A DNA stretch of 64,000 nt from contig JAVJNR010000005.1 of NCBI GenBank assembly GCA_040217195.1, positions 384,001 through 448,000 on the forward strand, given 5' to 3'. The DNA comes from Leptospiraceae bacterium. Its GTDB lineage: Bacteria; Spirochaetota; Leptospiria; Leptospirales; Leptonemataceae. Position 1 is the stretch's first letter; each line of letters starts with the position of its first letter. This document shows, piece after piece, positions 47,690 to 57,788 of the stretch. The notes beneath the pieces were generated by a model that was given only the letters and a program-made list of their open reading frames with translations, did not search any database and was not told the DNA's origin. Both the position numbers and the translations under genes were made by a program.

Positions 47690-49248
47690 CCGAATCGGAT
47701 CATATTCGAGCCGGAAAGCGAATCTTTGGAAGTTTGATCCAGCCAGATACGCTTTCTGGACGCTATGAATCGGGTCCCTATTTTTCAAATCTAAAAGCAA
47801 CCTATCCCGGGTACGATGACAATGCCTGGCAAATTCAAGCAGGCAATACAGGATGGAATGTATCTCGCCTGGGGATGGGCACCTACAGAATGCATCGAGA
47901 AAGTCGGGAGCACTACGATGCTTTGCGCGACGCTTTGATTTCGGGCACAAATGTTATCGATACGTCTGCTAACTACATGGATGGCTCTGCCGAAAGTCTC
48001 ATAGGCGATGTATTGAGAGACTTGAAATCAGCTGGCAGGCTTCGCAGAGAAGATGTGACCATTGTTACTAAAGCAGGGTACATTCAGGGCAAGAATTCGC
48101 TGCTCTGCGCTGAAGTGGATTTTCCAGAACAGACCAGGTTTGATCGCTCACTGTCCCATTGTATCCATCCAGATTTTCTGGACAATCAGCTGGAACTGAG
48201 CCGACTTCGAATGGGCCTGGAAACAGTAGATGTGATTCTATTGCATAATCCGGAATACTTCTTGAAGAAGGCGAAACTCGAAGAGCAAACAGCGGACCAG
48301 GCACAGAAAGAGTATTACCGCAGAATTCATCAGGCATTTGACTTTCTTGAGAAAGCAAGAAGCGAAGGAAGGATTCAATATTATGGTATTTCTTCCAATA
48401 CTTTTCCTGTGTACGGACAGTATGAATCCACCGACCTGAATCGAATTGATATAAATTCCTACCCTGGATTTAAAGTGATACAGTTTCCGGCCAACTTGAT
48501 TGAGCGCGGTTTTCGTGAAGGAAATCTGTGTAGACAGGCCCGGGAAAAAGGTCTGTGGACTCTGGCCAATCGACCACTGAATGCATTTCAGAGTAAAATC
48601 GGCTTATTACGACTGGCAGGAAATGCAGGCCCGGACGATTCCGATGAAGCGATTCAAACTCTATTCAACCTGGAAGAAGAGATGCAGGAGCTAGAATTTC
48701 GCATCCAGGGCGAGCTCTCGGAAGAGAAGTTTCATTTTGATGCACGGTTTCCTGCTGCCGGAAGCGTAATCCGATATTACCTGGATCGCTTGAGAAATCC
48801 GGAGCAGGCCCATGCAGCCACATCTGCCCTATCTCCTGTTCTGCAAAAAACTGTTACTCATCTCTATGGACGGGCGGAGGTCCTGCCGGATGACAAGAAA
48901 GAGAGCCTGCATAGACTTCTGGAAAGCTACGTCCGTCGGATGAATACCGCTCTGGCCTCCCTGGAAAAAAATGTTCGAGCCCGTCATCATAGATTCGCTC
49001 GCTCTCTGGCTTCCACAATCGCAGAGAGAATACCGGACCTGGGGAATCAGGATCTGTCCCGTATTGCTCTAAAATATCTGCTGGCCAGTTCCTGCCCGGC
49101 AACAGTGCTATGCGGCATGCGTCGAATGCCCTATGTAAGACAGTTGCATACACTGTACAATGAGCCCGCCCCTTCCCGATTGAAGGATGGACTGCCGGGC
49201 CTGGAAGAGCGGGCTGTGGAGCTCTGGAGCAAGGAATTCGGTTTTTAG
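47686..49248 (+). CDS. Aldo/keto reductase family protein
   Basis: VSRLGMGTYR, NVIDTSANY.DG.AE, IVTKAG, D.ILLHNP, YGISSN, QFPANL. Confidence 0.9.
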   Translation: MTESDHIRAGKRIFGSLIQPDTLSGRYESGPYFSNLKATYPGYDDNAWQIQAGNTGWNVSRLGMGTYRMHRESREHYDALRDALISGTNVIDTSANYMDGSAESLIGDVLRDLKSAGRLRREDVTIVTKAGYIQGKNSLLCAEVDFPEQTRFDRSLSHCIHPDFLDNQLELSRLRMGLETVDVILLHNPEYFLKKAKLEEQTADQAQKEYYRRIHQAFDFLEKARSEGRIQYYGISSNTFPVYGQYESTDLNRIDINSYPGFKVIQFPANLIERGFREGNLCRQAREKGLWTLANRPLNAFQSKIGLLRLAGNAGPDDSDEAIQTLFNLEEEMQELEFRIQGELSEEKFHFDARFPAAGSVIRYYLDRLRNPEQAHAATSALSPVLQKTVTHLYGRAEVLPDDKKESLHRLLESYVRRMNTALASLEKNVRARHHRFARSLASTIAERIPDLGNQDLSRIALKYLLASSCPATVLCGMRRMPYVRQLHTLYNEPAPSRLKDGLPGLEERAVELWSKEFGF

Positions 49249-49283
49249 TTGCCTACTTTCGGCTCCCAGGATTCCCTGATGGT

Positions 49284-49502
49284 ATGACAGAGCAGCAGAT
49301 GAAACTGATGAACCTCTACAATGAGGCACTGCAGCTATACAAAAATCGGCAGTGGCAGGAGGCCATAGATGGCTTCAAAAAAGCCCTGGAAGTGGATCCG
49401 ACCGATGGTCCATCCAAGCTCTATCTGGAACGTTCTGAAGAATACAAAGCCAATCCACCAGGAGATGACTGGGATGGCGTATTCGTAATGAAAACTAAAT
49501 GA
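49284..49502 (+). CDS. 72-aa TPR-like protein
   Basis: ALQLYKNRQWQEAIDGFKKALEVDPTDGPSKLYLER..PPGDDWDGVFVMKTK. Confidence 0.85.
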   Translation: MTEQQMKLMNLYNEALQLYKNRQWQEAIDGFKKALEVDPTDGPSKLYLERSEEYKANPPGDDWDGVFVMKTK

Positions 49503-49578
49503 TCTACCCACCGTGTTTTCGAGGTTTCTGGCAGGCCGGTAGCCTCTAAGATTCCTCTGGCACAGCATAATTAGAAAT

Positions 49579-49944
49579 ATGGCAAGAAAACCTCAGACCC
49601 AAACCATCAGTCCCGACATCGGAGACATAGCTACTGTATTTGGCAGAACAACCAGCTTTCATGGAATACTGGAATTTCAAAAACCGCTACAAATCAATGG
49701 CCGTTTTGAAGGTGAAATAATCACCGATGGAATTCTGGTAGTGGGTGAAGGCGCGGTGGTTCGTGCAAATATCAAAGCAGGAACCGTTATTGTAGGCGGC
49801 GAAATTACAGGCAATATTGAAGCCCGTACCAGACTGGAAATGATGACCACCGGAAAGGTTTACGGAAATATCCGAACTGCCAAGCTACAGATTGCTGATG
49901 GTGTAGTATTCGATGGCAACTGCGAAATGATCGAAGAGGATTGA
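49579..49944 (+). CDS. Bactofilin (polymer-forming cytoskeletal) protein
   Basis: TVFG..TSFHG.L..LQINGRFEGEI..LVVGEGA.V.ANI.A..V.VGG...GNI.A..GKVYGNI....L.I.DG..FDG.C.M. Confidence 0.95.
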   Translation: MARKPQTQTISPDIGDIATVFGRTTSFHGILEFQKPLQINGRFEGEIITDGILVVGEGAVVRANIKAGTVIVGGEITGNIEARTRLEMMTTGKVYGNIRTAKLQIADGVVFDGNCEMIEED

Positions 49945-50023
49945 GTTTAGCTCAATGCTTGTTCTATCCCGATAAGATCTGATACCTGGTTTTTCGTCAG
50001 GACCGACCTGCAAGTAAACAATC

Positions 50024-51268
50024 TTAACTAATCTGATTTCGGGAATCGGACATCTTTGCGGATGATTGCTCAAAGGCCCGGGCATGCATGTTCGCTGTAT
50101 TTTCCCATGTCCACTGACCTCTGGCCGGACGAAAAGATGAAAGTTTCTTTTTGCTCTGCCGCACCTGCATTTCCAGCATCCCGTAAGCCCAACCTTTCAC
50201 ATCCATTGGATCCAGATACTCCGCATGGTGATCTGCGATTTCATGAAAACAGGAAAGATTGGAAACCAGAGCATGCTTTCCATGAGCCATGGCCTCCAGC
50301 AAAGGAATACCAAATCCTTCATAAAGAGAAGGCATCACAAAATAAGCACAATTCCGATACAGCCAGTCCAGCTCTTCATCGCTTACACCCTTCCCCTGGT
50401 ACGGCCAGTGCAAACCGGGTAAACGTCGCTCCATATCCTCAAGCTTCTGAAATAGCTCCCCGGACTCCCAACCTCTGCGTCCTGCGATAACCAGACCAAG
50501 TGGTGTCCGCCCTTCCTGTGCACCCAGTTCGCAATATTTCTCGTAAGCATCCAGAAGAGTTCGGTAGTTTTTTCTGGGCTCAATGGTGGAGCAGGCCAGC
50601 ATAAAGGGAGGCACAACCTGGGCTTTCGCATTTCGGTTTCTTCGATGGGAAGCCACCATTCGAGCATCTGGTTCAGAAATCTGGGCCAAAAATTCTTCGC
50701 TTACTTCGGGCAACTTCCTGGATGGTTTTTCCATACCTGGATAGGCCACAAGTATTTGATCCGCGGGATACTTATAACGATCCAGAATTTCTCGTCTGGT
50801 CTGCTGTGAATTGGCCAGGATACAATCAGCTCTTTTAATACTGTAGCCCTGCACTGATTTCTGCTGCCATCGGGCCAATCTTCGCATAGAATCTGGAAAC
50901 CGGTAGGCTACAAAATCATGAAAGGTGAGTACAGCCCCGGTACCCGCTGGCAAAGCCGGAGGAAGAACCTGCTGAGTGCCCCAGAAAACATCCGGAGGAT
51001 TCTTTCTCAGTTCTGCAGGTAATCGAACATTGAAATCGGTGGCACCGGTACGACTTAGAGCTCCCTGACCCTGTATCCATTCCACATCGGATCTTTTTAG
51101 AAGTTCATCGTAGTCGGAATGAGGGGGATTTTGCGCATGCAGTTCGAACCAGAACCGCTCCGGTTCAACGTATTGAATTACTTTTTGAATGATGCGTGCC
51201 ACACCGGAAACGGGCAAGCAAAGTGGACGGGCATCGACGCCTATTCTCAGTCGCTTTTCCTGCTGCAC
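50024..51268 (-). CDS. GT4 family glycosyltransferase
   Basis: RIGVDAR..SGVAR, LTFHD, ANSQQT, TIEPRKN, PSLYEGFGIPLLEAM. Confidence 0.93.
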   Translation of the reverse strand: MQQEKRLRIGVDARPLCLPVSGVARIIQKVIQYVEPERFWFELHAQNPPHSDYDELLKRSDVEWIQGQGALSRTGATDFNVRLPAELRKNPPDVFWGTQQVLPPALPAGTGAVLTFHDFVAYRFPDSMRRLARWQQKSVQGYSIKRADCILANSQQTRREILDRYKYPADQILVAYPGMEKPSRKLPEVSEEFLAQISEPDARMVASHRRNRNAKAQVVPPFMLACSTIEPRKNYRTLLDAYEKYCELGAQEGRTPLGLVIAGRRGWESGELFQKLEDMERRLPGLHWPYQGKGVSDEELDWLYRNCAYFVMPSLYEGFGIPLLEAMAHGKHALVSNLSCFHEIADHHAEYLDPMDVKGWAYGMLEMQVRQSKKKLSSFRPARGQWTWENTANMHARAFEQSSAKMSDSRNQIS

Positions 51269-51309
51269 CCTATCCTTCTATTCCTGCACAACCTGAAGGC
51301 TGTCTGGAT

Positions 51310-51561
51310 CTATCTGCCGGGGATTGGATGCCTCACCGGAAAAACCGACGAAATGGAATGTTTAAAAACCAGGGTTGGACTTTTATCAGTTACCACATAG
51401 ACCGTATGGCTATCGTGGGCCAGAACCTTGCCCCGAACCGGAACACCGTTTTTTAGATACAGGGTGAGTCTGGAGGCCCTTGATATGGCCTTCTCAATAA
51501 TCTGATCCTGATCAGAACGATGTTGCCTTGCAGACATGGCACTTAGGATGCTGGAAGCCAT
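51310..51561 (-). CDS. hfq: Hfq-like Sm-fold RNA chaperone (divergent; start may be 51537)
   Basis: QDQ helix, LTLYLKNGVPVRGKV..D..TV (Sm1) and LVFKHSISSV.P (Sm2). Confidence 0.85.
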   Translation of the reverse strand: MASSILSAMSARQHRSDQDQIIEKAISRASRLTLYLKNGVPVRGKVLAHDSHTVYVVTDKSPTLVFKHSISSVFPVRHPIPGR

Positions 51562-51593
51562 CTACGGTGCAATCAGTTTTTCCCGCACTGTCA

Positions 51594-52445
51594 CTACTCG
51601 GAGCCGTACCGGTCCCGAAGCTTCAGGCCATGGTGCTGAAAATACTGATGGTATTGCATCACTGGATCCGGGCGACCGCAACAAAGTCCAGGCCGGCGGC
51701 CCCCCGGGGGCCACAGATCTATACCAGTACCGGTATCTGGCCGGATGATCAGACCTCCGGCAGCTTTGATCAAAGCCAGTCCTCCTGCAATGTCCCAATC
51801 GTTTTTGGGATAGAGGCTGACTGTTAAATCGTAGTCGCCTACAGAAACAAGTGCCAGCTTACGAGCCACAGATCCTTCCGGATGGAATTTAAGATCCTTG
51901 CTCTGTTCTTTGTAGATTCCTTTGTTCCATTCAGTCCGGCTCACACAAATGGAGGATTTTCTTAAATCCAGGGCTGATTTATTCAGCGGCTTTTTGGGTC
52001 CATGAATTGCGGTTTCCAGATCGTAGGTAGAGACTCCAGAGTCTTCAGTTACCATGATTCTGGGCTCCGCAGGTAAGGATACAGCGCCCCATATGGGCTC
52101 GCCTTTATGTATCAGACCTGCAGAAATGGCAAATTCGCCGTTCTTCTCAATGAATTCTCGGGTGCCATCAATGGGATCCACTACCCATAGAAACTGTTTT
52201 TCCGAAAGAGAATGCAAATCCCGCTCGGACTCCTCGGAAAGCCATCCGGCTTCAGGAAGTAGCGCTGAAAGACGCTTTTCGAGAATTTGATTGGCTTTCA
52301 GATCCGCTTCAGTAACCGGTTCTTTTTCATCTTTATAGCGAATTCCGGGATCGGAAGAGGCATATACTTCCAGCACCGCAACAGTGGCTTCGCGCATGGC
52401 CTGCAGTGCTGCGGACTGGAATTCGGAGTTGATTGAGAAATTCAA
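51594..52445 (-). CDS. cysQ: 3'(2'),5'-bisphosphate nucleotidase CysQ / inositol monophosphatase family
   Basis: PVTEADL, LSEE, WVVDPIDGTREF, GS..K, WDIAGG. Confidence 0.88.
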   Translation of the reverse strand: MNFSINSEFQSAALQAMREATVAVLEVYASSDPGIRYKDEKEPVTEADLKANQILEKRLSALLPEAGWLSEESERDLHSLSEKQFLWVVDPIDGTREFIEKNGEFAISAGLIHKGEPIWGAVSLPAEPRIMVTEDSGVSTYDLETAIHGPKKPLNKSALDLRKSSICVSRTEWNKGIYKEQSKDLKFHPEGSVARKLALVSVGDYDLTVSLYPKNDWDIAGGLALIKAAGGLIIRPDTGTGIDLWPPGGRRPGLCCGRPDPVMQYHQYFQHHGLKLRDRYGSE

Positions 52446-52458
52446 AGGGATTCAGGCA

Positions 52459-52887
52459 CTACGGGGTAGCGGGCTGGTCCTGATGATCCTGGTCAAAGTT
52501 CTCATCCATAATCAGAAATTTCTCATAGGCCGGTGCCAGAACAAAAATCTGAGGATCGCGTACAAAATCATATCTTACTATAAAGGATTTGTACTTCACA
52601 TAATAGGTGTTGGTGGAATCGATTTTCTCATAGGCAAGGTTTTCGATTTTCAAATCGTTCAGGTATTTATCCTGGGAATGAAAAAACCTGCGTATAATGG
52701 TAACTCGCATGGCTCGCAACAGATTGTCCTGAAGCTGGGCTTTCAGAACTGCAGGATCCGCCTGCCTGGTGCGTATGGCTTCTTCCACGGCACGAAATTC
52801 GCTAACAATGCCCTCTTGCTCTTCAGCCATCAGCGGTCCTGAAAGAATCAAAAGTGCAGTTGTAATAAGAAGTATTAGGCGACGCAT
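52459..52887 (-). CDS. Secreted protein (resembles, from recall, the Leptospira LIC11625-type surface protein)
   Basis: Signal peptide MRRLILL..PLMA-E; EG.V.EF..VEE and YYVKYK motifs; lies between uvrD and cysQ. Confidence 0.65.
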   Translation of the reverse strand: MRRLILLITTALLILSGPLMAEEQEGIVSEFRAVEEAIRTRQADPAVLKAQLQDNLLRAMRVTIIRRFFHSQDKYLNDLKIENLAYEKIDSTNTYYVKYKSFIVRYDFVRDPQIFVLAPAYEKFLIMDENFDQDHQDQPATP

Positions 52888-53209
52888 TTTTCTCTCCGTT
52901 GGCCAGCGATTGTTCTATTCCTTACCCGGCCAGAAAGCACAGGTAGAACCAGAAATTCCGACCTGGTAAGTACATCGGGATTCGATTGCCCCAAATTAAT
53001 GCACAACCGGGTATTTTTCCAGCGAAATAAGCAAAGAAAACCATTCGGGGTCTGACATTTGGATCAAATCCCGGAATTTATGGATTCAGCCTGACTCCGG
53101 GGCAGCAACGGAACATGAGCTGGTCCGCCCGTTCAGCGCCAGCCGGGCAGCAATGGCCATCTCGTTGTCAAATTGGCCTTCCGGAAACCGGCCAGGAAAT
53201 GCTGTTTAT

Positions 53210-55387
53210 CTACAGAATCTCCAGAGGAGTATAGTTGGAAAGAAACAGTTTGATGCTTCCATCGGAAAAGCGGATCTGAATCTTCTGTCCGGCCACCGTA
53301 CTTTCTGTTGTTAGGATTTCACCTTCACCGTATTTGCTATGTTTGACTCTCTGCCCCTGCTCATAGGTTGCATTTCGCAATCCCCTTTCCGGCGGTCTGG
53401 AACGAGCCCCACCGGCCCGGCTGGCTCCGGGAGCTACAGCAGCTGACATTCGATTCACCGACTCCAGGCCTATTTCCTCTATAAACCTGGAGGGCATTCG
53501 GGGCTGCACTGAGCCGCCCATCCGTCTGAATCGGCTATGACTTACGTACAATTCTTCTCTGGCGCGAGTAATGCCAACATAGACCAGACGTCTTTCTTCT
53601 TCAACGTTGCCCTCATCCAGAGAAAGCTGATGGGGGAGCAATCCTTCTTCCATTCCAGTAAGGAAAACCACGGGGAACTCCAATCCTTTCGCATTGTGCA
53701 ATGTCATTAGATGAATACACTGACTCCGGTCTTCGGGAGTGTCTGGATTGGTTTCCGATGTTAAAAGAGTTACGTTCTGCAAGAATCCGGAAAGATCTGG
53801 ACTTTCCTCTCGATTCTCATAGTCCTGCACGGAAGAAATCAGTTCGGAAACGTTTTCCAGTCTGGAAACCGACTCCGGATCATTGTCCTGAGAAAAGAAT
53901 TCTTTGAGCCCCGAACCTTCGTACACTGATTGAGCCACCAGAGATGGGGACTGGCTTTCTGCCATGGAACGCCAGTTCTCGAATTGAGAATGCAGTTCCT
54001 GGAGCGTAGCTGCGGGACGGAATCGCGGCAACTCTGCAGCTCGGCCCATGGCTTCGTAAAGACTGAGCCCATTCTGATAGGCAAAATCCTGCAACTTTTC
54101 TACGCTACGATCCCCCACAGAACGGGCCGGCACATTAATGATTCTTTCCAGAGAAATAGAATCTTCCGGATTCACGATTACATTTAAATAGGCCAGGATA
54201 TCCTTAACTTCCTTTCTATCAAAGAAGCGAAAGCCACCAAAAAGAACATACGGCAGACTATGCTGATTCAGGACCTGTTCATATACCCGGGATTGCGCAT
54301 TGGTTCGATAAAAAACCGCAAATTCGGAAAGTTTACGCCCCTGACTTCTGAGAGTTTGAATTCTACTTATTACGGCTTCTGCTTCTTCAAATTCGGAGTC
54401 ATAGATATGATATCTTAGATCTTCCCCGGAATCCCTGGAAGTGAACAGAGTCTTCTCTCTTCTTTGCTGATTGTTCGCAATTACCTTTGAAGCTGCTTTT
54501 AGAATGACGGGGGTGCTCCGGTAATTCTCCTCCAGCTTCAGTATCTTCGCTTCCGGGTAGTCGGATTCGAAGCTCAATATATTCGTAATGTCTGCACCCC
54601 TCCAGGAATAGATGGACTGATCATCATCACCCACCACCACAATGTTTCTGTGCTTTTCAGCAATCATCTTGCCCAGGACGTATTGCCCATGATTCGTATC
54701 CTGATACTCATCAATCAAGAAATGCTGCCAGAAGTCCTGGTAGTGGTTTCGCACCTCTTCATTGTTTTGAAGAAGTCTTACAGACTCAAATAGCAGGTCG
54801 GAAAAATCAACAGCCTGGTTCTGCCTTAATCGAAGCTTGTATTCCCGGTAGACTTGCTGCGCCGCCTCTTCGTAAGGATCCGTGGCCCGGGGCAATTCAT
54901 CCGGTCCCAGTAATCGATCCCGGTATCCATCCATCCTGGATAACACAGCTTCCGGTCGCATAAATTCTTTAGAAATCTTCTGCTCTTTGAGAATGGACTT
55001 CACCAGACTTTTTTGAGCCGCAGAATCATAGATAGAAAATCCGCTCTTTAGATTTAACAAATTGTAGTGGTTTCGAATGATGTATAAGCCCAGAGAATGA
55101 AATGTGCGAATATGCACTCTATCTGCCATTGGACCAATAAGCCCTTCCAGTCTGCTTCGCATTTCCTGGGAGGCCTTGTTGGTGAAGGTAACCGCAGCAA
55201 TTCGATAGGGGGGCACACCCTTCACCCGGCACAGATATGCAATTCTATGGGTAATGACCCGGGTCTTGCCGGAACCGGCCCCGGCCAGTATTAGTAGCGG
55301 ACCGTCCCCGTGTCGCACAGCTTCTCGCTGCACATCGTTCAATTCACCCAGGAATTCCTGCTCCAGTGTTGCTTGAAAATCAGACAA
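53210..55387 (-). CDS. uvrD: ATP-dependent DNA helicase UvrD/PcrA
   Basis: LAGAGSGKTRV, TFTNKA, DEYQDTN, VGDDDQSIY, LEENYRST, TLHNAKGLEF, EERRL.YVGITRA; C-terminal V.H.KYG.G domain. Confidence 0.96.
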   Translation of the reverse strand: MSDFQATLEQEFLGELNDVQREAVRHGDGPLLILAGAGSGKTRVITHRIAYLCRVKGVPPYRIAAVTFTNKASQEMRSRLEGLIGPMADRVHIRTFHSLGLYIIRNHYNLLNLKSGFSIYDSAAQKSLVKSILKEQKISKEFMRPEAVLSRMDGYRDRLLGPDELPRATDPYEEAAQQVYREYKLRLRQNQAVDFSDLLFESVRLLQNNEEVRNHYQDFWQHFLIDEYQDTNHGQYVLGKMIAEKHRNIVVVGDDDQSIYSWRGADITNILSFESDYPEAKILKLEENYRSTPVILKAASKVIANNQQRREKTLFTSRDSGEDLRYHIYDSEFEEAEAVISRIQTLRSQGRKLSEFAVFYRTNAQSRVYEQVLNQHSLPYVLFGGFRFFDRKEVKDILAYLNVIVNPEDSISLERIINVPARSVGDRSVEKLQDFAYQNGLSLYEAMGRAAELPRFRPAATLQELHSQFENWRSMAESQSPSLVAQSVYEGSGLKEFFSQDNDPESVSRLENVSELISSVQDYENREESPDLSGFLQNVTLLTSETNPDTPEDRSQCIHLMTLHNAKGLEFPVVFLTGMEEGLLPHQLSLDEGNVEEERRLVYVGITRAREELYVSHSRFRRMGGSVQPRMPSRFIEEIGLESVNRMSAAVAPGASRAGGARSRPPERGLRNATYEQGQRVKHSKYGEGEILTTESTVAGQKIQIRFSDGSIKLFLSNYTPLEIL

Positions 55388-55426
55388 AAAAGACTCCTGA
55401 ATCGGCCAGGCCGTATATGCAGGATG

Positions 55427-56809
55427 TCAGGACCGCCCTGCGAAGGCAACCAACTCATCCAGGCCCAGATCTATGGATTGTAACTCAGGAAGTGCTTTCA
55501 AATACGCAGGTAGCATTACTGGCTGCTCAAAATTGCTTACATCCAGGGGTTCTTTTCTTCTTAGCCAGTAGAATCGGTCCTCTGGCTGAAGAATGCTTCG
55601 AAGGCTACTATGCAGTCCTGCGCCGCCTTCTACCAGAACTGTATTGAAACCCAATTCGGAAAGATTTCGCAGTAATGCAGAACCGAACAATGGATCCTTC
55701 ATCGATGGAAGATCCCCGGGAGTTTTCTTTTTGCTCAGGGTCCAGAAGATTGGTTCCGGGCCTCCGCTTAGCTCTATTTGTTTCTGGGACTCATGAAATC
55801 GCTGCAGGCTACGTCCTGACTCCGGCATCAAAAAGATTCGAACAGGCTGATGATCAAATTCAGGCTTATACATCTGCGACTCGCTGGCGTATCGCAGTAA
55901 TGCTTCAATGAAAGGATCGGGAGATTTAAGATAATGAAAAGACCGTTGATTGGAGGCGTCATAAATGCTCCGGGAATCTACCATTTTCTGAGGTGTATCC
56001 ACTGTGCTTTCTGTATCAAAGCTGGAAGGACCCAGTTCAATACCCCTTGGATCCGCTCTCCAGTCCAGCGATGGCTCATCTACCAGTACCGTTCTGGGAC
56101 CCACGATAATGGCATCCACTACGCGACGCAAAAGCTGGCCAGCCTGCAGGGCTTCCCTGCCCGAAACCATAACCCTACTACTGGAATCACCCATACAGCC
56201 GGTCGGATCGCTGGCTGCTTTCAGAATCATTCTGGGTCTTCCGTAAAGAAGCCGATGGGCAAAACTGGCAGGAAACAGTCCATACAATCGCCCCAGACCG
56301 CTAAGAAAGGATTCCAGACCGGCCGGCCTGTGCTGTATTCTATTCGAAAAGACAGAACGGTTAGCCAGGCTTGAACTGCCCTGGCTTACAGGCCAGGTGC
56401 GTGGAAGATATACGGATCGGCCGCTGTGCTGCAGCAGGCGAACTCCTTCGCCAGACAGGCCAGGATCCAGACCGCCAATGTAAATCTGCTGCAGCTCCGG
56501 TATGGAGCGAATCCGGTCCACACAGGGGGCCGTACGGCCGGTCTTGCTGCAGGGTTCTAGAGTAACGATTAAACTGTCCGGCGAGCGTCCGAACTGAGAC
56601 TGGAATCTGTCCAGAGCCACAATCTCTGCATGTCTTTTTCCGGGAGGTTCCGTGGCGCCTGAAGTGCGGTCTTCTGGCCTTGTGGAGTCAAAGGCCAGGG
56701 CTGCCACCGTAGGGTTGGGGGCTGTGCGGCCACTGGCCAGGATTGATTCTTTAAGAAGCTCCTCTAAGTAGAGCGATGCAAATTCCGTTTCCAGCCAGTG
56801 ATCATGCAT
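55427..56809 (-). CDS. ribD: Bifunctional riboflavin biosynthesis deaminase/reductase RibD (divergent, with insertions)
   Basis: PNP.V, HAE, TLEPC..GRTAPC, GRP...LK.A, DAIIVG..TV..D.P.L, QPVRI, VLVEGG. Confidence 0.88.
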   Translation of the reverse strand: MHDHWLETEFASLYLEELLKESILASGRTAPNPTVAALAFDSTRPEDRTSGATEPPGKRHAEIVALDRFQSQFGRSPDSLIVTLEPCSKTGRTAPCVDRIRSIPELQQIYIGGLDPGLSGEGVRLLQHSGRSVYLPRTWPVSQGSSSLANRSVFSNRIQHRPAGLESFLSGLGRLYGLFPASFAHRLLYGRPRMILKAASDPTGCMGDSSSRVMVSGREALQAGQLLRRVVDAIIVGPRTVLVDEPSLDWRADPRGIELGPSSFDTESTVDTPQKMVDSRSIYDASNQRSFHYLKSPDPFIEALLRYASESQMYKPEFDHQPVRIFLMPESGRSLQRFHESQKQIELSGGPEPIFWTLSKKKTPGDLPSMKDPLFGSALLRNLSELGFNTVLVEGGAGLHSSLRSILQPEDRFYWLRRKEPLDVSNFEQPVMLPAYLKALPELQSIDLGLDELVAFAGRS

Positions 56810-57788
56810 TTCCCTTTTTTAAACGCCTGCGAAAGCCGGTGTAAACCTGCACAAGGTGAGAAGCAATAAAGATGGAAGAATAGGTTCCAATCAGGATACC
56901 AAACAGAATTATGTATGCGAAATCCACCAGACTTGTGGCTCCGCCTACAATGAGAGCAACAACTGCAATCAATGTAAGAAGAGAGGTGAGGATTGTCCGG
57001 GACAGGGTCTGGGTAATTGCCTCATCCATGATTGCAGGTTGCGCTGCCTGGTTAATGTCATCAATGTTGGCTCGTATTCGGTCAAAAATAACAATTGTAT
57101 CATTAATGGAGTAACCAAGCACAGTAAGCACCGCAGCCACCACGGGCACGGAGGGCTCAATTCGCATTACACCAATGAATCCCAGGGTAAAAATCAAATC
57201 ATGAACGAGAGCTGCAGAGGCTCCAAGAGCAAAAGGAAAGTCAAAGCGAAAAGTCAGGTAGACTCCAATCAATCCAATGGCCCAGCCAAGACTCCACAAT
57301 GCAGTCTCAAACAATTCCTGACCATAGCTGGGCGAAATGGCCGCTTTTGAGATTACATCCTTCTCTGTAATACCCAGCTCTGGAAGAATCAATTTTTCTA
57401 TTTCACCGGGTACGGTTCGAGTCTCTCGTCTGGCAGGCTCCTTGCCAGCCTCTTCATCGGCAGCGGCCTGCTCTTCTTGCTTCTTTTCAAATGCTGTGAT
57501 TTCAGCTTTGACCCGGTCTCGCACGTCCGGTCCGAACTCCAGGTCATATTGATTTCGTTTAAAATCTACGACTCGGGCAGAAGCTCCCGGTAAACCGGCT
57601 TTTTCTGCAGCCTTGAGCAGATCGTCTCTGGTTAGATTATCCGGGAGTTGAATGGTAAGTCGGACACCGCCATTGAATGAAATGGAGCGTTCAAAACCAC
57701 CAAAATGACCGTAGGTAACTGCAAACAAAGCCACAGCGCCTACCAGGGAAAGAACAAAGAATAGATTCCTGAATCGGGAGAATTTCAT
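56802..57788 (-). CDS. secF: Protein translocase subunit SecF
   Basis: I.F.GG, Y.TFRF, ALVHD, AAVLTVLGYSINDTIVIFDRIR, TLSRTI.TS, GTYSSIFIA. Confidence 0.97.
   Translation of the reverse strand: MKFSRFRNLFFVLSLVGAVALFAVTYGHFGGFERSISFNGGVRLTIQLPDNLTRDDLLKAAEKAGLPGASARVVDFKRNQYDLEFGPDVRDRVKAEITAFEKKQEEQAAADEEAGKEPARRETRTVPGEIEKLILPELGITEKDVISKAAISPSYGQELFETALWSLGWAIGLIGVYLTFRFDFPFALGASAALVHDLIFTLGFIGVMRIEPSVPVVAAVLTVLGYSINDTIVIFDRIRANIDDINQAAQPAIMDEAITQTLSRTILTSLLTLIAVVALIVGGATSLVDFAYIILFGILIGTYSSIFIASHLVQVYTGFRRRLKKGNA

Noticed and set aside
52888..53209. 320-bp gap after uvrD with short GC-rich repeats (GGGCAGCAA twice) and a 24-codon ORF
   Set aside because: No coherent structure, SD or recognisable RNA family.
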